The notes under the pieces: model-generated
What the model was told of the DNA's origin: nothing
Seen by the model: the letters and a program-made list of their open reading frames with translations, nothing else
Database searches by the model: none
Part shown: positions 48,392-60,918 of the stretch, piece after piece
Numbering within the stretch: position 1 is the stretch's first letter
How the letters are laid out: the number at the start of each line of letters is the position of its first letter
Source: Takakia lepidozioides
Taxonomy: Eukaryota; Plantae; Bryophyta
Direction: 5' to 3'
Assembly (NCBI GenBank): GCA_030704615.1
Contig: CM060733.1
Span: 35,960,001 to 36,024,000, forward strand
DNA length: 64,000 bases
Position numbers and translations under genes: made by a program

Positions 48392-49593
48392 AACTCTTGG
48401 GTAGCATTGATGTCGGGTAAAAAAGGCGATCATGCTAAAGATTCATCGAAGCACGGCGGAACTTCTACAACAGAAGGGGCGTACAAGGCGAAGGTGCTGA
48501 AGTTTCGTTTCGAAGGTGGATCCACGGTGGTATCCAAAATCTATGTTCAACATGCTTACATGCAACGGCAACTCGATTTGCCTCCAAATGCAGCTTTTGG
48601 CAGAGACGCTTGCAATTGTAAGATGTCTAACTTTCCTCATAAGTTTACATTATTTGCTATGAAGTTCACCTTGTATGTGCACAGTGGAACAGCAATATGA
48701 TGAGGGTGGGGTTTTCAATGCAGACCTATACCTTTCCACTTTTGAAGATTGGATTGATCCGAAGAGTATATGTTGGTCTTGTATGGGTATCAGACCCGAG
48801 TACTTGTTTGGTGCCTGCAGAAACAGACACAATAGGTCTTGAATAAAAATTATATAAGAAAACCAGTGCATATGCTCGTGCAATCATATTTTTAAGAAAA
48901 AACTTGTATATGTTTAGCGCATGATGAAATATACATACATATAAAGATTTCCTTCAAGTTCCTTCAAGTTCCTTCTAAGGGGGTCTCTCTTGTGACGCCG
49001 AGGAGTTGCAACCTCCACGGCCTTAATGCCCAGCCCCAACCCCAGCATCGTCGCCGTTGTTGCACCCTTCCACCGCTAGGCGCCCCAAGCGACGTCCTTG
49101 TGATGACCTATGCTGACCACAACACCATTGCGACCTCTTGTGGCGACGCCGTTGCAATCCCCTGGCGTCGCAACGTTGGGTGTCCAAACGCGGGGCGCCC
49201 CAGCGACGCTTTTGTGAAGTTGAAGGCCGCAAAACCAAAAAAAAAAAAAAAAAAAAACTCCCACTGTGGTGATGCTGTTGCGACTCCCGGGTGTCGCAGA
49301 GGCGCTGGGGCGCCTTTAGTGACGCTTTTGCGACGCCTTGGCGTCGCAACGTCCACAAATAATAATAATAATTTGGATTTTCGACGCCGGGGCGTCGCAA
49401 GAAAAAAAATCCGTCGCAGCGAGGGCCCTCTTTCCCCCTTCATGCCACCTTACGACAGCTGGGCATCGTAATGGTGTCGCAGCGGGGGATTGCGACGCCA
49501 GGGCGTCGCAAAAAAAACGACGTGGGCTCAGCACTGCGCGGAGCGTGGGGGCGCGGTTGGCGTCGCAAACCCCCCCCCCCATTTGCTGTAGTG
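47606..49593. mobile_element. CACTA (CMC/EnSpm)-like DNA transposon remnant, one terminus visible
   Basis: Ends ATTTGCTGTAGTG (reverse complement CACTACAGCAAAT) at 49593. Dense subterminal GCGTCGCA/TGCGACGC repeats in both orientations at 48990-49570 and 47606-47770. Matching left end not found. Confidence 0.7.
48409..48842 (+). CDS. Putative spliced BAH-like domain ORF inside the CACTA remnant (exons ~48409-48617 and 48724-48842)
   Basis: Splicing GTAAGA(48618)..TGCAG(48723) gives ..AYKAKVLKF..KIYVQHAY..DACN-YLYLSTFEDWIDPKSICWSC, similar to the BAH ELFLS-x3-D-x-I-x3-SI-x2-C motif. Confidence 0.4.
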
Positions 49594-51597
49594 TAAAGGA
49601 GATTGGTCAGTTTCTTTTCTCTCTCTAGCTATGCCAAGCAGAGTCTAATAGTGCGTCTCTTGTTCTTTTTTGCCACATGCGGGTTTCTTGAGGTTCACCG
49701 TTACAATATGCTGGAGGTGTTAATTGCTTACCAATGGGTCTGTGGGTCTGATTACTTCTTTTGAAATGTGATATGGGTGCTGGACATTTCTCCAAGTCTG
49801 GAAGGCATTGGCACAATACATTGGCACAGTGTAAGTCACAATATTTTTTGTTTCTCCCTTAACATTAAGAGTTGATTTGATTGGAGCCCTCTTGTCACAT
49901 GGGGATAAACTTTCATTTCTGATTGGTGCAATGGTAAAGTTTACCATGATGATAGGCTTTGTCTGGCTCTCTTACATGGCATGGCTAGGTTGTTTTACAG
50001 CTCTGTCAAATAATTGAGTTTTCCAGACCACATATAGTGCTACTACAGTAAGCCTAACAATGTTAACTCATGACAATGGCCTCTTGAAAGTCTTACTTCA
50101 ATGCAAAGGGCTCTAACCTCTACACTAGGGTTGTTGGGTTTGGTTTGGTTTGGGTTGTTGGGTTTTGGCAACAATCAGTATTGCTGCTGGTTGCCAGTAT
50201 TTTTCTAGGCTGCCTGATTATAGAATAAAAAACCATTGAGATGATTACAGGCCCTTTGGTTATCTCCATTCAAGATGCCTATCTGTATGTATTTAAGACT
50301 TGGCAGGGCAGTGAAGGTCTGTGAGTACTTGTGCGAAGAAAGGCCAGCTTCCAACTTTACATGGGAGCCACAGATTGACACTAAGGGGAGGGAACTAGGG
50401 GAGCCACCAAAGCTGATCTTTACCCATCTGTCAACCGGTAAGTGCAGTCATGTCGTTGTTCCCCAAAAGCATGTCTTGCATTCTCAGGGCTACATGCCTT
50501 TTTGTGCCCAATTCAGTAGTAATTTATGAATGTGTTTGGTTTTTTATGTGATTCATTTGTACTCCGGTTGATGTGCTATTGTTTGTTTTCCAGTATGTAT
50601 ATTGTCATCTTCCTCCTCAATATCCAATATCCATCTTTTCATATATCAAAATCGAATATCCAATTTCCAATATGCAATATCCATTTTCTGATATAATGTC
50701 TAGGGTATTCTCATCAGAGAGGACCTCCGATTCACAGAGTCCCTGCACCTCTATTCATCAACTTTCAAAATCTTGAGGTTGAGCCTAAAGCCTTGGCCCT
50801 GTTGGGGTTTTATGGCTGGGAGCTCACAGACAGGAGATTAATGCCATCTGTGAAGAGCTATATAGAGGAAAGGGATCCCTCCTCACAAAGGTATCCCTCT
50901 TGTTCTGCCCAAACTGTGCGTGGGCCAAGGCTATGTAATGAGGCCATTGGCTTTCCCACATGAACTTTTTTGAACCTGTTCTGAGTCTGCAAGAAGTGGA
51001 ACTCAAGAAGCATCCCTTGGACACAAGATACAATACCATGGACCTTGATTTTAATAGGTTGTTAATCTTTTGACTGAGCCAGCTGGGAAAGAGATTCTAA
51101 GTTGATTCCTTGGTGGGATACAGAGGGAATTGTAAATCCGAAACACAATGCGGCCACGAAGTCAAGTAGGATATGTGATATTGTTCAATTCAAAAGACGA
51201 GGATGATAATTGGATTCCCATGAAGACATTAGCTTTTGAGTAGGATTGATATAAAAGAAAAAGGCATGTGAGAAGTCAACATTGTAAAGAGAGCTTAGGC
51301 TTGAGTGTAAAAATCCTCAAAGTATCAAAATATTGGTTGTGGTAGACCATATCATCATAATATGATAGTTTGATGATGGTAGAGTTCTTGCACATTTGAG
51401 AAGACTGACATATGTTGGGGTAACCTAAGTAATATATGTGTTTGCAAAGGGTAGTCAAAAAGTTTGTTAGCATGTATAATTTGAGATAACGGTGCTATAG
51501 TGAGAGTGGGGGAAGAAGCATGTATAACTTTTGTGCATGTTTAACTACAGTTCATATAGTGTTGGAGTAGGAATTATAGAAAAGATATATCTTTTCT

Positions 51598-51769
51598 AGC
51601 AAATTAAAACACAATCTGGTACTTGTCCCTGCTCTCTCATACTATCTTTCCAAAAGTGACACAAAAGGATACATGCGGCATGCCACATTATGTACCCTTT
51701 TGTGTCACTTTTGGAAAGATGTATGGGAGAGAGAGTAGGGACAAGTACCAACTTGTGTTTTAATTTGCT
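51598..51769. repeat. ~170-bp fold-back palindrome (MITE-like hairpin)
   Basis: AGCAAATTAAAACACAA..GGTACTTGTCCCT..TCTTTCCAAAAGTGACACAAAAGG pairs with CCTTTTGTGTCACTTTTGGAAAGA..AGGGACAAGTACC..TTGTGTTTTAATTTGCT. Confidence 0.85.
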
Positions 51770-51884
51770 TGTTCTTTGTCACATGTAGAGACTCTAGAAT
51801 CAGTGAATAGCGCTAGGAGGCAAATGACCTTCTCCAGGATAAGGGGAAACAAATCGTTCTTAGAGCGTAAAATGGCATCTACTA

Positions 51885-52233
51885 TATTTGAGAAAAGCAA
51901 TCACTCGCACAAGAGGCACGTTGTCACATAGGAATGATAAAAACGAATGTATTAGTTGTAGATCTCAGATTGCACTACACAGCAAAAGCCTCCGTGATTG
52001 CCTCACACACTGACTTATTGCAACTCCAGCATTTGTACGCACTTTGCCACTGAACTATGGTAGTCACACCATTGCCAAGCTTTCATGCATCCTGGTAGGG
52101 ATGCTTGCATGTAACAACTAATCGTTCCCTAACGTATGAAGAACTGCATATATGAAGAACCTGTATATACCAAGAACCTGTATAGAGCAACTAACCTCAT
52201 ACCGTATAAGAACCTAGATATATTACTACTACA
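51885..52233 (-). repeat. Copia 3' LTR
   Basis: Direct repeat of 56753-57081 with several substitutions and indels. Confidence 0.9.
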
Positions 52234-52279
52234 CTCCCACTCGGGATGAGGTTGATGGCCCGATGACGACGTCAGTAAG

Positions 52280-55200
52280 GCCAAGCAGAGTCTTCATTCG
52301 GCAGAATTTGTCACGGGGGAGAGCCTTGGTGAGTACATCAGCCATGTTGTCTGTCGTGTTGATGTATGTGATGCGAATCTCCCAGTGGCCTCGGCTTCAC
52401 GAATCTTGTGGAATTTGACATCAATATGTTTGGTCCGTTTATGGAACTCAGGATTCCGAACAAGGTGAATGGCAACCTGATTATCGCTATACAGGATAGT
52501 AGGACCGGTTTGAACATAACGCAGGTCATGCAAGAGACGGCGGAGCCAGATGACCTCTTGGCAGGCAAGGTGAGCGGCAATATATTCAGCTTCCGTTGTA
52601 CTGGTAGCAGTACAAGTTTACTTGCGACTTCCCCATGAAACAGGCCCTCCTTGGAGCATTAACACATATCCAGATCTACTCTTCCGGTCTTGAATATCAG
52701 CTGCGTAGTCAGCGTCACAATAACCAACAAGCTGATTGGCCAAACTAGATTGAGCACTGTAGGTGATGCGCACACCTGGAGAGCTGTGGAAATGCTTGAG
52801 GATGCGGCGCACAACTCCAACATGGGGTGCTTTGGGTGTCTCACAAAATTGGGCTGCATGGCTAACATAATAGCTCACGCCAATCCTGGTGCCAGTGCTA
52901 GCAAACTGCAAACTGCCAATGCAGTTGCGATAAGGAAAATTGGTCTCGCAGGGCTCATTCTGAGCAGAGAGAAATTCGGCCGAGGAGTGGGGATCAGTTG
53001 GGATGGAGAGTGGGGAAGCATGCTCAAGCCCAAACTTCTTCACAAAACGTTCAATGTACCAGTGTTGGTCAAGCTGGATGGAGCGAAAACATGATCACGT
53101 GTGATGTACAATCCCACATACATTTCGGGATGACCCTTAGTGATGCTAAAAGCACCTTTTACCTCAATGAGGACTTGCGTGATCATGTGGGTTTGAACGT
53201 TGCATGCAAGGCCATCATCCACCGAAATGCACAAGATTAAACAGGGATCAGTGCTGCTCATGTACACACAAGGGTCAGCGGTGGATGGAATCAGGCTGTG
53301 CGTAGTAAGAAAATGGTTGAACTTACAATTGTGGATAGAATCAAACTTGACAACTGGACTAAAAGTCTCGGTATAGTCCAAACCTTCCTTTTGAGTGAAG
53401 CCTTTGGCCACCAGCCTGGCCTTGAATCGAGCAACGGTACCATCAGCACCAAGCTTCGCTTTGAAAACCCACTTAGAGCGAACAACATTGCGGCCTTTGG
53501 GTAAATCTTGTAAGATCCAAGTCTCGTTCTCAAACAGGGAATTATATTCATCTTGCATTGCACAAATCCACTCATCGTGTTCTGGGGATGTGACGGCCTT
53601 GTCAACAGTCAGGGGTACATCAGGGACGTTATCAGATGTAGTGACAACATTACATGTGTAGTTCCCTTTTCCAACAGAGACCACCCAATCACCAAAACGG
53701 GAGGGGGGGTGGCGAGAGCGAGCATTACGCTCGAGAGTGATGTTGGGTGCATTGGTGATGGCAGCCTCGGGTGCATCAATGCTCACTGGTGCCTCGTCGC
53801 GAGGCTCATCATCGCCAGAGGTGGTGATATCAGGTGGTGTAAGCCACTCCGGGCTCTCCGGAATGCCGAGCTCGACGACAAGAGGCAAGTCTTCCATAGG
53901 TACCACCTCAGCAGCAACATGGGGCAAGGCTCCAGCGCGCACTCCCATTGCTTGAGCTGGCGGATAAAAAACGTGGTCACTCAAGTGAACAATGGAGCTG
54001 TCAACTGGTGGGTCAGATCGGTCACCTCCATTCATTCAAATTTAGCTCGTCAACAAGTACATCTCGACTTTCAATGATGCGACGAGAAACATTGTCCCAC
54101 AGCCTGTAGGCTTTACTTGTCTCACTGTAGCCCAGGAGTATGCAGTGCTTACTTTTCCGATCCATCTTCTTACGTAACTCAAAAAGAACATGGACATATG
54201 CACTGGAACCAAACACACGCACATGGGCTACTGAAGGTTTGACCCGGTACTACATTTGATAAGGGGTCGTGGAGTTGGGAAGCTGACGTGAACCAGTGCG
54301 ATTAAGCAAGTAGATAGCCGTGTGAGCAGCTTCACCCCAGAAGTGTGGATGAACATCGCTTGCATAGATCATGTTGTGTGCTGACTCAATGATGGTGCGG
54401 TTGTCTCTTTCAGCCAGCCCATTTTGTTCCGGAGTGTAAGCACATGTCACCTCGTGCTTGATATTCTTTGCAGCCAAGAACTCTTCAAACTGAGCGTTGC
54501 AAAACTCCATACCACGATCAGACCTGAGGATCTTTATGGTATGCCCAATTTCTCGTATCATCTGTCCTAGGAACCAGCGCAAGCACTCAAGAGTTGTTGT
54601 CGTTGTTTTCTCTTTAATACAGTAGATGACCCGAAAGCCAGAGTGGTCGTCCTTAAACAGGGAAAAATACTTGGCCCCACTTACTGTAGGAACGTTGATG
54701 GGTCCGCACAAGTCACAGTGGACCAAGTCACCAATCATCTCAGCTTTCTCACGATGATCTTTCCAGGGAAAATGTGCCCTATGACTCTTTCCATATGCAC
54801 AACCAATGCCAAAAGATGGATTTTGGCTTCTTCCACTGATAATCAGCCCATCAACCATGTCCTTAGCCTCCATATCTCTAATCATCCGATGATGAATGTG
54901 ACCAAGTTGCAGATGCCAGATATCAATATTCTGGGTGCTATCCTTTTTTGTCTGCACTCCAATCACCTTGGCCGAGAAAGCACTATGGTTGCTGGATCTT
55001 GATGGCAGGACGACAGAGATAAGGAGCCTGTAAATACCGCACTCCTCAATGCCACGCATTACAACCTCCCCTCTAGCCATCAAATGACACCCACCTTGGG
55101 TGTGAAGTATATCAATCCCGCGCTGAACCCCTCGAGAGGTTGAGAACAAGTTTCGACCCAATTTTGGAATGTGAACAACGTCCTTCAAGACACCGTGATG

Positions 55201-55744
55201 CTCTTGCCCGTCGACCCTCGCTTTGTAGTTGGCACATTCTCCCATGAGGACTGGAACGGACCATATGAAGCAGGTAGCTGGCTGAGAATCTTGGCCATGA
55301 CAGTGTTGTCAGTAAAAGTGTCATCTCCAAGATTTGTGAGCTCACAACGTGCTTCCTCAATCTTGCCAAAGAAATCAGCTATGCTATCACCATCGTCCAT
55401 GGTGATGTCAAAGAAGTGCTGTTGAATGTGATGAATGTTTTCATGGGAATGTTGATCATGCACCTCGAGTCTCGACCAACTTGTCCCAGATGGCTTTTGA
55501 GGTCTTGCAACTCATGACATACTTTAAGATCTTCTCCTCAACGGCTTGACACAAGAGATGGACTGCCTGATTGTCTTTTTTATCCATAAGGCAAGCCCCT
55601 CTGCATTTGACGATGCAGGTTTTGGGGTAGAACCATCAACTACATCCATCAGCTCTTTTCCAAGGAAAAAAACTGGAATTGCTACATGTAGAAATTCTGT
55701 CCTGAGAATTTCCTGATGTTTTCCAAGTCCTTATTGTCAGCCAT
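52280..55744 (-). pseudogene. Copia gag-pol remnant
   Basis: Frameshifted. RT jumps from FSPVVKFDSI directly to the ..KF...STADPCVY region, so the central RT motifs are deleted. No gag zinc knuckle or protease DSG visible. Confidence 0.85.
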
Positions 55745-55766
55745 GCTACGAAGACCGATTCCACTG

Positions 55767-56423
55767 CACGGGGGGGTCCCTATATGTATTTTTTCCATAT
55801 CACGTGTATACAAAGGTATATTTATACTAGGCTATATTTTTAAAATTTGCATTTTTTCCACCCTATCTTTAGGTAATATTGTAAAACCCTTTGTTTTCTA
55901 ACACCCTATTTTTCTTTATAATTTTTTTTGCAACAATCAATTAGACCCTATTTTAAATTGTCATTTTAAATAATTGCAAAATTTCAAAGCATGTACACAA
56001 AACAGTACATTCCATGTAACATAAGTCAAAAGCCGGACCCAAGAGCTTGGATCTAAAGAGTACAAGTTTTGAGATGGTTCAAATGCCATAGTCACTGTTG
56101 AGATTATGGTATCACATCAATCCACTGTGTATCACTGGAATCATATTTGAACTTCAGGTTCCTTCATCCTGATGGATTAGAGCTGGATGAAATATAAGAA
56201 ACTTCACAAGGATGGATACATTATACTGTAGATAAAACCCTTTATTACATTAACGTTCTAAGTAAAACTCTGGATTTTTGGTGACCATTCTAAAACTGGG
56301 TGAAAGAATATTGCCCTACGATATTTTCTAAGTAAAACTTTTCTAAAATTTACCTCAAAAAAATAAATCACGCCCTATATTTGTTCTCACGTGGTTTTGA
56401 AAATAGGGAGTGATCCCCCCAAG
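55767..56423. mobile_element. hAT-like non-autonomous element inserted in the Copia leader
   Basis: TIRs CACGGGGGGGTCCCTAT / ATAGGGAGTGATCCCCCCAAG; flanked by TTCCACTG / CTCCACTG (7/8 match of an 8-bp TSD). Confidence 0.75.
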
Positions 56424-56752
56424 CTCCACTGACCAGAAAAACAAAAACTTTAAACTTGCACAAGTTCAGCGACTTGTGGCTGAGAGATCTGACTCTCAAT
56501 TAACGAGAACCCACGAGCAAAATAGCTCACTCGTACACACACAAGCTTGGCAACTTGTTTTTACTGATAAACACGACGGCCTGTTTCTACTCACAAGCTC
56601 AAAATACTTGACTCCTTCAAGCATGGTAACTTGATCTACTTTCCTACTGTATACGCAATGCCCAACTATGACGTCAACCAAAAGATAATAAAAGAACGAT
56701 GGAATAATTAGACTGACATAGCTCGCAGGGAAGGGATACGTGGGCTATAACC

Positions 56753-57081
56753 TATTTGAGCAAAGTAATCACTCGCACAAGAGGCACGTTGACTCACATG
56801 AATGATAAAAAGGAATGTGTTATTTGTAGATCTCAGATTGCACTACACAGCAAAAGCCTCCGTGATTGCCTCACACACTGACTTACTGCAACTCCAGCAT
56901 CTGTACGCATTCTGCCACTGAACTATATAGGTAGTCACACCATTGCCAAGTTTTCATGCATCCTAGGAGCTACATGTAATAACTAATCGTTCCCTAACGT
57001 ATGAAGAACTGTATATACCAAGAACCTGTATAGAGCAACTAACCTCATACCGTATAAGAACCTAGATATATTACTACTACA
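56753..57081 (-). repeat. Copia 5' LTR
   Basis: Direct repeat of 51885-52233. Confidence 0.9.
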
Positions 57082-59717
57082 TACTAGTTTCATACCAGCA
57101 GTGAATGTTACCATGATGCGTCAATCACATGCTGAGCACTTTGTCTAATAGGAAGAGCAAATCCTTCATGAATACATAAAACCAAACTATACGCACCAAC
57201 TACACATGAATACATGAACCAAATTCGTTTAGTTGGCATGATAACTTGTGCCCTTTTAGCCTTTAAACTCGACTGCTAATCTGTCATGGCAAGAGACTGC
57301 TTAGGGTGTATAGATCTGTCCTTCCTACATGCATTCTGCATGTATATGTTTGTGGTCCTCAACATGATCTAGCGGTTTGCAACGATATAGCTTAAAAGCA
57401 TCAAGCTTGCAAAACTATATCAAAGGTCCAACCACCTAGAAGGCCAGGATCTAGTTAAGAAGTTGTGCACGCATAACCGGAGTAGTTGTCTTTTCAAACG
57501 TTCCTTGTTTGTGAGGTATCCCAAGTCTTCTTTGAGTTTATTTCCAGCTGCATGGTGTGCAAACCTGCAGGTAATGAACTTTTATTTTTCTCCTTTCCAA
57601 TGAACGACATGTAGGCTAGTATATTGTTGGCTTACGACCATACGTACATTTAAGGATATTTTCTACCCTATAGGATGAAGTTCTCAACGGATTTCATCCT
57701 TTCACAGTTCATTACAAATGCCAAAGCTGACAAGATAGGCTTTAAATATGACTATGAAAATATTATACTCAGATGATGTAAGTGAATTTAACGTCTATGT
57801 AAAGGAAAGGGGGTCCAAAACAAGTGCTGATGAGGTCCATAGTGCATCCAATCATCCATAACCAATGTCACCTTATTATTTTTACGTGTTGTTTAATGTA
57901 TAACATTGGGTTTGACTAGTCATATATGTGTATATATATATGCATCATAATTAGTTGTGACCATTCAATGTAGCGTCCCAGTTGTCCCACATGTAGAAAA
58001 TGGGATTTTAGAGCATTTAGTGTAGTCCACTTAATACTATTCGACATTGTGTTCAAATAAACACACTTGATCCTTATAACATAAAGACCCATCAAATGGT
58101 AAGAGAAAAGAGACCAGTATTGGGCGGTTATTTGATTTCTTTCGTAACTAACTATGGCTCCACTTTTTACAAAATCTTAAAGAATCATATAACCCCTAGT
58201 TCCAGTTTTTTCAGATTTTTTTTAATGGAAAGAACCATCACTTTCGGATAATTGTTAAACCTCAAAAAGCTTGCAGTTTTCGTCAAATAAGAACAAGCTT
58301 TTGAGCAAGGAGGAGATCCAAGAGAGGTTAGTTGTTGGCAACTTACTCCCTGAAACGGAATTGCCATAAGGTTAGTATTTACAGATTCACAATAAGAGTA
58401 GAATCTGATCTAGGTATATTTTATAGCGACGGAGATGCTGATACATCCATTAGCCCGTCGAGTGCTATCTTGCCATAGTGTGGGGCAGTCCATTCACTCA
58501 TATTTTTTTGTTGGATGTTTATATAAGAGGTGGTCCGTCTCTCTCCATGGCAAGTCATGAAAAGAATTGAAATAATCTCTACCACGCACACTCTTCCAAT
58601 ATAATATGTTATGTGATGGATGGTTGAAAGTTAACTCAAAGATTATGATCGAGTAACCACTCACTCTTTGATCTCTAGAGAAAGAGGACACCCCATTTAC
58701 AACAAAAACCTTCGAATGAAGTGCCATATTGATATCTATGATCCTTTTGATCAAGAATGTGGTCTAGTGAATAGCACGTCAAATTGAATGACTTTTGACA
58801 AATCAAAGTTGGAACAAAATTCATAAGTGGAAGATAAGATTCCAGGGTGCTTGCTACTTTGCTCGAACAATATCGGATGGTCCTCTCTGTTCAAAAAATG
58901 TTCTTACTGTTGGATCTTGAGACTATCGCAAACAAGTAAGAATCTAGCTACATGAGCAAGCTAGAGAGGAGCAATGACCCATGATCTACCTCACGTAACT
59001 ATAGAACACCAAGTGACTATTCTTTCGCAAGGACCATGCAACAAATTATCCAAATTGGATTGTTCTCTTCTGTTTTTCAACCTTGTTAAGTCAATAGTTG
59101 TTTTTTTGATAGACAATTTAAGTTTTACAAGAGCTCTGCATGTTCTAGTGAATTTAACCTTTCAAGAACTCTAGCACGCACAATGGTCTTCTTTTTAACA
59201 AGGGTGAATCTAAGGTCCCCTCATACTTTTGGGAAGTGATTTTTAGTTTGCCAACAATACTCTAGAAAGAATTGTACATATTGTCACGTTTGCAAATTTC
59301 TCCATGTGAAAATTCAAGCATGTATATTTAAGAAAATTGAAATATTTCTTTCAACTAGATAATGTGATAGATGTATAGCGGATCCTAGTGTGTTGCAATT
59401 GCATTGCGTTGACTTCTACTCTCGACAAATTTGATATATGTCTAAGAAAGTCTAGCGTATGTCACACATTCAATAAATTTGGTACAAATTGCATTGACAT
59501 CATTAATTGTGCCATCAAATTCTAGACGTTGTAACTACAAAAGGAATGCCTATGTATGTACAATTGAGATAATACATATATACAATGCAGTGGCACTGCA
59601 ACAGCTTGTCCGTAGATTGCTATATAGAATTAGGTCCTCATGAGGTACACTACACTAATGCGAGAAGAGATGGAAGGATGCACGTGAGACTTTGGTAAAT
59701 TAAACCACAAAGTCCTA

Positions 59718-60809
59718 CTAGGGGCAAAAGACCACTTTGTAGTCGGAGCCAGTGTTGCAGGTGTAGTCGACGTTGTCGCCATCTGTCGAGTAGGAGAAGG
59801 CATTGGGGCAGGCATTTTTGAAGGCAATGGTACCGCTAGTGGGACCACTAGTGTAGGGGCCATCGAGGTTGTAACAGCCATCCCCCACAACACCACTGAG
59901 TGTGTTGGGACTTGTGCAGAATCCGTTCTTAAGGTTGCTGATGACGCAGGTTGGCGATCCACAGTAAAACCCGTCGAGTTGTCCCCCGCTTGTTGGGCTC
60001 ACCCGCATTGGTAGATTATAAGCATTCTGTCAAGTCACAAACATTCATGATCTATCAACTATACTCTTGACAGAAAGATCCACTATAGCTAACCACGACA
60101 TTAATCATTAATTAAAATTGGAACCATCAATTGCAACATGTAATGGTCAATACAATGCCAACTTGAGCTCAAACCTTTGTTATATGCTAAGGATTGTCCC
60201 TAGATTGTCCTCTACAACAGATGTATGATATCAAGTGGGTGTTGTTAGAAGGGAGAGGACATGCATGCATACCACATTGCTGATGTCATAATAATCCAAG
60301 TTGTTGGCCCCACCGATGGTGATTTCAGCAAGGTTGGCTTGGGGCTTGGCAGTGATGCCGACGGATGGATTATTGTTGTTGCCAGGGTAACCCCAGATGA
60401 GGCCACCAGGCCAGTTACTGCCTACATCCATCTGCTGGAAGCCACTGCCAGCCCCCAGTGCATAGCAGTTCACCGACGCTCCAACCTCATTGTCCGTCGC
60501 GCATGCCGTGATGTCTTGCGAGCATTGATTAATGATGTTGATCTTTGCAGCTGCAAAAATAAAACCCCAAATCACATCTCTAGACTCTAGCAACACTACT
60601 ATCGGTCATCAATTGATAGAATTATGATAGCATTACAGATGTGATCGTATGATTTAATGTTATCATGTGTTCAGAACTATTATTATACATTATAACTTTC
60701 ATCAAACCAAACATTCAAGGAGAGTTCACTAACCCTCGACTAAGCTGAGCATACACCAAGACACCGCAATAAGCACTAGGGCAACGATCATCTTGCTCGA
60801 CTTTGCCAT
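59718..60809 (-). CDS. Small secreted thaumatin-like protein (PR-5 family); exons 60734-60809, 60273-60550, 59718-60026
   Basis: Signal peptide MAKSSKMIVALVLIAVSW..; IINQC; NLAEITIG..LDYYDISNV / NAYNLPM; FKNACPNAFSYSTD; YKVVFCP*. In-frame GT-AG splicing. Confidence 0.92.
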
Positions 60810-60907
60810 TGAAAACGTGTGTACAGAGCAATTCCGAGAACTAGGCCGAGAACTAGTAAGATGAAGGTGATGACTACACAATGGTAGTCAGTGCTATCCA
60901 TATCACT

Positions 60908-60918
60908 ATATTTATATC
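60908..60918 (-). promoter_or_regulatory. Candidate TATA box of the thaumatin-like gene
   Basis: Minus-strand ATATAAATATA about 100 bp upstream of the ATG. Confidence 0.45.

Larger units (their letters stand above)
51885..57081 (-). mobile_element. Ty1/Copia LTR retrotransposon, internally deleted
   Basis: LTRs 51885-52233 and 56753-57081; 5-bp TSD TACTA; PPT GAGTGGGAG; PBS-like GGTTATAGCCCA; gag remnant, IN (VHCDLCGP, LRSDRGMEF, EQNGLAER), RT (RFKARLVAKG), RH (YCDADYA, RTKHIDV). Confidence 0.93.

Noticed and set aside
48990-49570. CRISPR-like repeat array
   Set aside because: Short GCGTCGCA motifs occur in both orientations with irregular spacing, typical of CACTA subterminal repeats in a eukaryotic context.
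50270-51240. Very degraded LINE RT on the minus strand
   Set aside because: Only faint motif echoes (VRRDPFPL); too weak to call.
58180-58950. hAT transposase remnant (MLCDGW)
   Set aside because: A single short motif with no supporting frame or TIRs.
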